64,000 bases of DNA from Magallana gigas. Taxonomy: Eukaryota. The stretch's first letter is position 1; every line of letters begins with the position of its first letter. Position numbers and translations under genes: made by a program. Below the pieces are notes generated by a model. It was given only the letters and a program-made list of their open reading frames with translations, was not told where the DNA came from and made no database searches. Shown in pieces: positions 50,546 through 61,300 of the stretch. The DNA is taken from assembly GCF_963853765.1 (NCBI RefSeq), contig NC_088858.1, positions 9,176,001-9,240,000 of the forward strand, given 5' to 3'.

Positions 50546-51742
50546 TTTGGAAGTTTTAAAATGAAAAAAAAAAACCTTGTCCGCAACGAAGTTATTTTAC
50601 ATTTCAGTATTCACAGTATTGTCGTATACAAATTTTTGAATTATAAGCAGTTCAAAAATTGAGAATACGATTGTCGTATGCTCAATTTTTGAATTCTTTG
50701 TAATTCAAAAATGTGAATACGATAGTACTGTACGTCGTTGCGTTGTCCCAAAACACGCTATTGCACTATCCCGATTTTGAACAACACGCCGTCGCGCTAT
50801 ACCGCAATTTCATTGAACTCATCGTCGCACAGCACGGTTTTGAGTCCACAAGTTTCCTCAAACTCATGATGGTGAGAATCGATGTGAATCATACGTAGCC
50901 CGGACGGTCACCGACGATGTTTCCCATCTCGCTAACCAACTTCGCTCAACTCGCCATGGTCTGGTGATCGCACTGTCACGTATATGTTTACAACACGCCG
51001 TCAAGCTATCACACAACACGCGTGCTCGGAACTGTGACAGCGTGACGGCGAGTTATGTAAACAGTTGTGTAACTATAGCACGTCATACTACTGAGCCGGA
51101 CACGCCGAATTTGCCCTATATTTTGCTGTATTCATAAGAAATATTTGTTATTTTGTAAGTCATTATCTTTTGTGTATTTCATTACGTGTTTTAAACATTT
51201 TTTTTTCAAAATCAATTCAATTTACTCCCCTACCCCGCAAAACAATAAAAAGGCTTAATATTGCGACAAAGGAAAATGGACTGATATATGTCATCAATTC
51301 ATAATGGAGAATATGAGGATTGCTCGATGGCATAATGTGCAAATATACGTTGTGTTAGAGCGACAGTGCGGCGTGCAAAAGTGTGTTAGTGCGTCGACGA
51401 GTTGTTTTGGCGGCACTCATGCTGAATACACTTTTTGGTTTTAGAACCCCCCCCCCCCCTTTCATGAAAGGGGGCCAAATACACACTCCCCCTTTCCCCC
51501 GACTATAATCAAGATTTTATCACTTAATTGAGTATTGATTTTCACAGTTAGGAACAAGTTTTTAAATGGGCATTTATAATCACTTTTTATTTATCATTTT
51601 ATTATCAAGATTTATTTTGATCCTACTTTGCACATACTTCTGTCCTCGGATCCGGGTTCTTGTTCGGTTTTGACTCGGACCTTATTAAACTGGTTCCCCA
51701 ATACCAGTTACTAGTTTACAATAGACGAATCAAGACCACAGA

Positions 51743-53516
51743 ATGGCTGCACCACCAAAAGGCAAGGGTTTTATGGCAAAAGGGCCAAATACAATTGACC
51801 AAAGGTTTGCTGAAAGGCTTTTCAAGCATAGCCAAGAAAGGTAATATAGGAATAAAAACATATTTGAAAAATACCTTTTGAATAACTGGTAATTTTAGCA
51901 ATGAATTTATCGTTGCTAAGGAAAACACAGTGGAAAATGTGAATAGTGCACCACTGTATTTTTAAAGATGGGTGGTATTTTCATGCACAGATCTTGCCTG
52001 TATACGCATAGTCCATTAAGAAAGAGACAAAACAGCAATGTGTATATTATTAGTGACAATGAATGTTCAAAATCATGTCTTGGATGTAAATTTTTTGCAT
52101 TTTTAAGATTAAAATGCAATTATTTTTGCTTTTAACGCAATTATGTAGTGAGAAAATGTCATTTAAATAGTAGAAACCAACTATTATACATTTCCTTTAT
52201 CTATCAGTCAAAGAAATCATAACTTTTTACAGATAGGGTATAGACTCTAATATTAATTGTTACAGTACTGCAGTAGAGTATTTTTAAGTATCTGCAGTAT
52301 CAATGTAAACATACTTTTTATTGTTTTAATGTAATATATTGTAAACAGCCTAGATGACTATAAGAACATCTGGCAAAAAAACTCCTGTATCCCTGTAGCT
52401 TTTTCTTTTTACATTCATGTATGTATACTATAGAACTTGTGATAATGTTAACAATTTTAATGATAATCCAATTTAGAAGAATGGTATAATTTAATGATTT
52501 ATGATACTTTTGCAGGGTACCAGAATACTCGCGCCTACACCCAGTTGTCCCACGTCTGTATACACAGGAATGGAAAACAGATATGAAAAACAGAAATCTC
52601 ATTACCAAGGTACATGTAATATATACAAATAATTTATACCTAGCATTATAAAAATCATCTTCACTAGCTAGAGGGTTTACAATCCACTTCGCTCCTCTAC
52701 AAACCTTGGCAGATTTAGCCAATGTTTTTTAGAAATAACACAGCACCCTCTAGCGATTGAGTTAAATTGGAGCAGCTAAAATACATATTTTCATATTTGA
52801 TGTATATACAAAATAGAATATAGATCAAAAAACCCATATATTTGTAAAAATAAATTGTATGGTATTCATTAATCATGTAAACATTGTAATAATGATTGTT
52901 TTTAAATTTTATTCTTGTATGAAAATACAATGAACACAGTCAATTAGTAGATTCCCTGCAATCACCCTTATTCACAGCCAATCAAATTCCGTTGTGCAAG
53001 TTTTGATTTTTTCGGCTAAATCTGTAAGGGGTTGTAGAGGAGCAGAGTGGATTGTAAACCCTTAATTGGCTATCGAAAATAAATAACAATATATATTTCA
53101 CAACCCAGTACATGCATTTTATTCAGATACGGGTACCCATTCAATGCACATCATAATTGCTTTATTTTCAATGCGAGTTCAGTTTGAATACCTTCAAATA
53201 AAACTTTAATTTCAATTGATCTTAAATGTACCCTAATTATCAAATTCACTACTGTTATAATAGGTATATGAAATAATTCTTTTTGGAACAGAATGCAGAG
53301 CTTGGAGGTATTCCTCATTATGAACATGATGAAAATCTCTTCCTGGACAAGCGGGAACAAATGCATTACAATGTTGAGGATCGCACAAGGATAGAATCCA
53401 AATATCCTCACATGGACAGGGCTACTCTTCTCCGTCCGAATTTCCATCATGAGACCTCTAAATATCAGAGTGAGCTAATGTTCAGAAGAGATGAAGATTA
53501 TGTAGAGTCTGTTTAA
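51743..53516 (+). CDS. TEX43: TEX43/SPMIP10-like sperm flagellar microtubule inner protein, 138 aa, 3 exons
   Basis: Exons 51743-51840, 52516-52609, 53292-53516 (417 nt, phases 2 and 0). The protein segment VPEYSRLHPVVPRLYTQEWKTDMKNRNLITKNAELGGIPHYEHDENLFLDKREQMHYNVEDR...SKYQS aligns by eye with human TEX43 as I recall it (PR.Y...WK..M..RN...K.AE..GI......LFL...E......EDR...S.YQS). The gene model is solid; the identity needs BLAST confirmation. Confidence 0.72.
52672..53062. mobile_element. MITE with ~49-bp TIRs (PIF/Harbinger-like) in TEX43 intron 2
   Basis: AGGGTTTACAATCCACTTCGCTCCTCTACAAACCTTGGCAGATTTAGCC (52672-52720) versus its imperfect inverse at 53014-53062; flanks TAG/TAA. Confidence 0.75.
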
Positions 53517-55027
53517 AGAGAAAACTTTGTTGTACATATGTTCCTGTGGCTGATTTTCAAAACTACTTCACACCTTGATGTTTTAAAGGTTTATTTGTTT
53601 AAAAATATCATCACATCTCAAAATTTCCCTCTCATAACATATATTTGCAGTCTTAGATATTGTAATTATTGTATTTATTTATTAATGCAATATATTTGGT
53701 TAATGGGATTTTTTGTTACCAACACTGGTTTGGTGCTAGTCTAGTCTAGAGTCACAGCAGCAGCACATCAGATGGAAAGCTGCTGCAGATGATTAGATTA
53801 CAGTAGGAGAGAAAACATTTTGGATTAAATTCAGAAGCTCTATTCATTGATTAGTGTGTATGAACAAAGCCTATTTGCACATAACAGTATTTTTTATTAT
53901 CGATGTATTCTTTAACAAAACATGATAGTGTCTATCAGTATTCCATTTTGTATTTTGAAGTGCTCAATGTATTACTTTTATTTTTAAATGTTTTATGACA
54001 AATATATTTTTACTTCATAATACAAATGTACCATAAATGGATTTATGGAGGTAAATTTTCTATGGGGAAAATTATAAGTTGATTAAACCCTTAATTGTTT
54101 TTATGCTTGTTATTGCTGTGATAGTTTCATTATTTTTTTTTAACATTTTCAGTATTATCTGTTGAATCTTTACTTTTACATTATATTTATTGCTGTGAAT
54201 TGTTAAAACTGGAGAAAATATTGTTTTACACCTATTTTGGTGTAATTTTATCGTTTTCAGAAATATTCAATAGTTTTTGTTTACAAATGTCTGGAACAAA
54301 TTTTAATGGTCTGAGTGCCATCTTTTTTAAAATTTTGATTTAATAACCATAAAATATATGCTGTAAAAAGTTTGTGTGTGTTTGTAAGCTTATTGCTTTC
54401 TTCGAACAGACAAACATCTCACAAAATGTCTTTCATTTTTTGGCTCTTTTGATTTTATCTTTCATTTTGATTTGTTTTGAAAAAATTAATGCTCTTTTTA
54501 AAACATTTACATTTGTTGTTATATGTCAATCATGCAAGAGTGCTTAGTGACAATAAATGTTTATGCACATGTATCATTGCTTTTCTCTTTTGTTTTAGCT
54601 ACTTAAAACTGATAGGGATTTATAAATACATTCATTTTTCTTATATTTCTACAATGTGTTGTTCATACATTTAGAAGTCTGTGCAATTTAAAAGCCTTGA
54701 TCACAAAGCAACCGACCCTAACTTTATCGACAATATACCCCAGTTGCAGTTGAGGAGCAATCGAAACTACCGTAATATGGCGACCAAATAAATTAAGAAT
54801 TCATGTCAGCTTTAAGGAATAAAGCACTAAATTAAAATATTAACATAAACAATGAATAGATCTCTTTGCTTTGTGAAAAATTATTTTTACTAATAAACTT
54901 CATGAAATTATCTAAATTCTTAATGCCCATATAAATTTGATGAACTGCACGTTAGAAAGCATCAACACATTTCTTGGGCACTTGAAATCTCACAATGTTA
55001 ATTAAACAAAACATACTATAAATCATA

Positions 55028-55226
55028 TACTATATGCAGAGTTATTTTTGCCCTATGTTAATTTTGCCCTTTTACATTTGTAAAAGGTTTCATTTCATCT
55101 TGAATTTGACAAGACACAATTGTGCTAAAAGAAAAATAATTTGAGAAGTTGAATACACCCAGTCTTAATTCGCTTGCCAACTAAGGCGAAAATACAATGG
55201 GGGCAAATATTTCCCTGTATACAGTA
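55028..55226. mobile_element. Degenerate TA-flanked MITE
   Basis: Ends TACTATATGCAGAGTTATTTTTGCCC / GGGCAAATATTTCCCTGTATACAGTA, about 20/26 complementary. Confidence 0.5.
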
Positions 55227-55392
55227 CTGCAGAAGATGTAATATGAAACTAAATGATAAAAAGACAAATTATGAATGCAATACATGTACATGTGTTATAT
55301 AATTATTACTTATAAGTAATAATTAAAAACAAAACAAAAACATGGCACCAACATACTTTAATTGTTAAGATAACATGTGTACGTTAATTCTT

Positions 55393-58300
55393 TCAAGATT
55401 TGGCCCCCTCAAGCATACTTAATTTCCATTTAATGTCTTTGTGTAAAGATGGTGCATTTTTAATGATGGGATCTGAAAATAAAAAACAAAATAATTTAGA
55501 TATTGATACATGTACATGTAAATTTACATGCATCAGGGGTAGAAACTCTCTATATATACAACTCAAAAATAATTGCAAGTACCAAAAAAAAAATGAACTC
55601 GCAATTTCACCAGGGTACTTGCAATTTTAAAATGATTTTATTCATTTTTGTTAATGTTAAGGGTTCCACATCACCATCATCAAACTTCTCAATGTGCAAT
55701 GTGTGGTTGACCTCTACACAACACACAGGTACATAAATAAATGTGCTACCAATCATCTTTACATACTACACACATGAAGACATTCAGAATTTCATATAAA
55801 TCTAAAACCATTTACTAATACACATTATGTTGTATTCATAGTCCAATATGTACATGTACTGACAGAGTGAGCACGTGTATAAAATCTCACATAATAATCA
55901 TTGATACCCTTTTAGTGGATTGCTCACTGTCTTAAGTGGACTTGTTCAGAAAAATAAAGTAATAGGAATTTACCTAGTTTTTCTTTAGTCGTTAGATTCT
56001 GTCCTCTCTGTACTGCTTGAGCTATGGTGTTTGCTGTAGCATGCGGGCCAAGCACCTGGTTAACAGATTTAACAGAAAGTCAACTCCTTTAATAAATTGA
56101 TTCATTACTTTAGCCAAACTCTAAACAGTCAATGTAAATGTTACAGAATACACTTGTACACTGTACAATTCTATTTTAAGTAAATGATATAGGTGGGATG
56201 TTAAACCTGGAGATGACCATTATGATCCAAAATAATTTCTATATGTGAAACTTAACTGCAACTTCAACATAACAAACATTGATGATTATAATATTGATCA
56301 ACCAAGTGTACAGAACAATATACACGAAGCTCACCACTGACTCCTCCCCCTCCTCTGAATCATCCATCCATATTGAAGGAATAGAAGTGTCAATCAAACT
56401 CAAAAAGCCTCCAAATGTCTCTTGCAATTTGCTCGCCTCTTTATCACTATTAAACTGAATCATAACTTTTACAAGTCCACGAACTTCATCTGAAAGCAAA
56501 GATTTAAATAAAATGGTACACCTAAATAAGCCCTAGCTAGCACAAGATAATGCAATTTAATTTGTTATTACACATCTGTTTAGTCTTAACATGATAAAAA
56601 TAATTGTAATTCATAAAAGAAGGTTGATGTATACACTATATCTGTATTAAAACCTTGCTGATTGTTAATTTTGAAATAAAAACCAAAGTTACCATTTAGA
56701 TAGATAGATAAATCTAGCATCTGACAGGAAAATGACAAGAATCAAAACAGCTGGCTGAGTGATGCATAAATGTTCCCTCGACAGTTACAAGTTCTGAACA
56801 CATTACCTCTCATAATATCAACTGCAGTGATTATCTTGGACAATGCTGCGATCAGAGCGAAGTCCTCGTAGGGGCTGCCCTCCTTCAGCTTCCACTTTTT
56901 CTGCTCTGCTTTCCTTCTATTTCTTGATGTTCGACTGTAAAAAGCAACCATTTTTGTTACAGAGAACAAAAACAAGTGACCAGTTGAAGCTGTTGATCAA
57001 ATAAACCATTGTTATATTTTCTTTTCTTGAAAATTATAAATAAATGTAATGGTGTACCTCAAGAGACAAGAAATATCAACAATAAAATGTTGTCCATAAG
57101 TTCTATAATCAAAAACAAATATGAACTCTATAAAGGAAGGTTTCAAGTTAAGGGAAGAAGAGATTCAGGCACAAATCAAAAAAGAGAGATAGACCAAACC
57201 TTACATCTCTGTGGCTTAAGAAATAAGACAAGTTTGTTTGCGTTACAGAGTCATAGCAATGTTCAAAAACTTGCAAACACAATGTTCAATGACAAGGTTA
57301 GTCTTCTGACTCGACAATCAGATGTTCTTGAACAAAATATTTATCTAACAAGATATTCATATGACTCAACTATCAGTTGTTCTGAGACAATAAAGTAGTC
57401 AGCTGACTGCCTGGTGTTTGAGACAATAGAGCAGACACCTGACTCAACTACCGTGCTGGGACAAGAGATACTTAGTCATCTCATCTGCCATATATTCTGA
57501 GATGAGAGAAAAGTTAGCTGACTCAACTGCCTGATGTTTGAGACAATAGAGCAGACACATGACTCAACTACCAGATGTTCTGGGACAAGAGAATAGTTAG
57601 TCAACTCCACTGCCATATGTTCTGAGACAAGAGAGAAGTTAGTTGACACAGATAAGAGAGCAGACAGGTGACTTAAATGCTTAATCTTCTAAGACAAAAG
57701 AGAAGTCATTTGACTTGACTAACAGATGTTTTAAGAAATGAGAATAGTCAGCTGACTCGACTTATAGATGTTCTGTGACGAAGTGGTTAGCTTATTCACT
57801 GAAAGAAAGACAAGAGAGTACAGCAGATTCCTTATTTGACACAAGTTCTTAATTCACCGATTAAATTGTTTTGCATCAAATTGCGAGAATATAAAAATGC
57901 CACATTTTTTCATAATATGGTAGTTTCATTATTGAAAGTTTGCATTTGTCCGAAAAATAAAATAAATATTTTAAAATTTGCAAGATGTTCTTACAATTGT
58001 ATGCGAATCTTAATTCCTTGTACATGTATTTAATTAGGAATCTACTGTAATCGGCTAAACAGAAAGCCAAAATTCTTAGATAAAGAGTGGTTTACCCTGT
58101 GGAGCGGCTATAGGCAGAGGACTGGGAGCTGGAGTGCTTGGAGGACTGGATGCTCTCCCCTGTGGCACTGCTGGCATCAGAAAACAGGTCAGCGTCGGCA
58201 TCATTAATGCCACCACTCTCTGCAATAAACAAAAGATATCAACACTTCATTTCTATGTATATAAAAGCTGATAACAATTTTGATTGAATACTTGGCAAAA

Positions 58301-61300
58301 AGATATCGCAGGACATACAAGTGAATGTGCAAAGATTTATTTCAGATGCTGAAGCAATGTTTTACCTTGAAACTCCAGCCTTTCTCTTTCTTTCTCCTCC
58401 CTTACAACCTTTAACCTTTTTCTGTATTTATCAAAATCTACCCGCATTGTCTCCAAAGATTCCATTAGACTTTCATAATTCTCCACCATTGCTGGCTTTA
58501 GGTTTGTTTCAATGAAGTCCATTCTAGTGTGTTTGTACATCTGGAAAAAAAATCCATTCAAAACAATGTGAAATATGTAACTGTTACCTGAATTGTCATC
58601 TCTAGTAAAAAAGATTATGGCTATATGGATAGGAATGCAAGGCAGGTATCAGTGCCAGTTCTGAATGAATAATCTATGCCAGGACATCATTTTACCAAGT
58701 AATCTTACACAACACCTGACTACTGTAGATTCCTAATTAAACGTGAGGAATCTGCAATATCCGCTTAAAATCGAGAGAAGTAAATCTCATGAATTCTTAA
58801 ATCTTGCTTTTGTTTTTTCAGACAGATGTAAACTATATGAAACTATTAGAAAAATTCGGCATTCGCGATTTTATGTTCTTGCAATTTTATAGAAAACAGC
58901 TGAATCACCGAATTAAGTACTGGTACTCCCGTAAAATAAGGAATCTACAGTATGTAGATGAAAACTGAACATAAAAAGAAGTTATTTAATGTTTTTTTTT
59001 TTTATGATGAAAAACCAGCTGATATCATATCACAGGGCGTACCCTTCTGAGGGCCTCCTCCCAGTGGCACCCCTCAATAAGACAAACAATGGCTTCCTCA
59101 GTATCATTGGCATACTCCTCTAAAACAATGGCTGCATCCATATATCTCTTGTTGTTCCTCAATTGATCTGAAATACATGTACATTCGTGTATATGTAGTT
59201 CATTTTATCTGAAGCTTGATGAGTGGTGACTTTTTAAAACCATTTTGCTAATATAAAGAAGCATAAGTACCAAACTTTTTTCAAAAATTGTAAGCATCTA
59301 ACAGTTTAACTACTATATTTCGTATAACCCTTTCTACTTACTGGCTAACTTTTGTCCTAAATCCACCTCATTCTCCCTATTGTACTTTAATTTTGCAGCC
59401 ATACAGAAGGCCTGCCTCCAGTTGCTGCAGGACTTGAATGCATCCAAAGCTAGCTGCCATTCTTCAGCCTTCACATACACTAGACCTGCTTCCTCTGGTT
59501 TCTTTTTCTCAATCAAATATTTTCCATAAAGTTTTGCAATCTCCTAAAAATAATTTTGAATTTTTCTTTGTCATCAAATTGTTTGCAAAAATTGACTGTT
59601 TCATCATAATTTTTATATAAATACATTTTCATCTAAATACTTCAGAGATTTTCATAGATTTATTAATACGAAGAAATATTAAACTAAGGCAGAAGATAGA
59701 CTATGGTTTGCAGGTTTTACCATTGCAGGACTACTTGTACAGAGTTGCTGAAGCCAGGAAAACTTAATGTGGGACACTTACCTTGTATTTGTCTGATCCG
59801 AGAGTGAACAGGGGAAGAGCTTCCTTATACAGATAATGATCGCTGATTAAAGTCAGACATTCATCAAAATGATCAGGACCTATGCAAAAATAAATCGTGT
59901 ACATGTGTACATGTATATTGTGTATCAAACAATATGAACACTAAAATTTCTTTTTGTGCTTCAGTTGAGTTATGATCCTACAGCAAGCTTAGAAGAGGTT
60001 GCTTACATTTGCTGATATTCTGAAGGGCTCTTGAGTATCTCTTTAAATATTTGTCTATTGTGTAGTGTTGATAGGATCCCTCCAATCTCCTCAGACTGTT
60101 CAGGAATGGGATGTACTCCTTTGGATCCTAAAATATTTAAAATCATACAATTTAAAATCACTTCAAAACCCGTATCTGTACTAACATACAAACAGTGAAC
60201 TCCATTTCCTGCTGAAAAATGATTTTGGTAAAAATACTGGTACATTTTGATTACTGTAGTATTAATATAAATCCACAAAATCCCAATATTCACCTTCTGT
60301 GATTTTTCAGCCACCATAAGCACCAAATCAAAATCATAAGTTCCTAGTGCCACGTCAAACATTTCATTGACATCCACCAAGAATAGGAGGTACTTCAATG
60401 CATCCGCGGGGCTTATCACAGCATTCTTATTGGGGTTATCTGAATAAAGAGGACACAATGAGCAAATAGACGAAATAATCTGAACTACATTTGTACATGT
60501 ACAGGTATTTGTACAGTAGATGACAAATCAAAATATCAATACATCATTTGATGTACATGTACCTCTGAGAGATCTGACTAGCAGTAAGGCCTCTTCCAGT
60601 TCAGGTGTTGATTTCTTCACATAGGAGGTCAGGATGCACAATATGTACCTGTAAATATGATTTCATCTAGTTTTTCACTTTACAATCAAAATGTCACATC
60701 ATTTATCAGTGCATTTATGTACATAAATATAAACATCTTAAAATTTATAAGCACTTTGATAGAGATCTTCTCTAAAAATAATCCAATATCAATACATAAA
60801 GGTATTCATGAGGCTTCAGTCTTTTTACCGGGAATATCTCAACATATAATTTGTAAATGCATATTTAAATTGCAGTACTTCCTGGCTTATCATATCTCTC
60901 ACTTGTTTTCATCCTCCTGAAGGAGGGCCTTTCTCAAGGCATCACACACTGTGTCCACTTTGTTTGTCTGCTCCGAATCTTCAGTCACGGGTGACCGATT
61001 ATAGGCTGCTGTGTACATTGTACATGTTACGTCTTCTTCCCTTAAAAAAAAGTATTCAATTTACACATAAGCCAAAAATGTTAAGTTTTGTTTCTTTGGC
61101 ACCATTGTGCTTTGACATTCTATTGCCATATTGAAAAGAGGAATGACTCAACATCTTATTAAGTCAGAAAGAAAGCAAACAGAAAGAAGATTTAATATAT
61201 ACAACTGCATATTAAATTTGGTAAAATATGGTAAATGCATAATCTGCTACATCGCTTTTCTTTTTTCCCCCAAAAAAATTCTAATGGACACTAATCATGC

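Noticed and set aside
338-51460. Numerous poly-G/poly-C tracts as functional G-quadruplexes
   Set aside because: Mostly inside or beside MITE remnants; homopolymer lengths are also prone to sequencing error.
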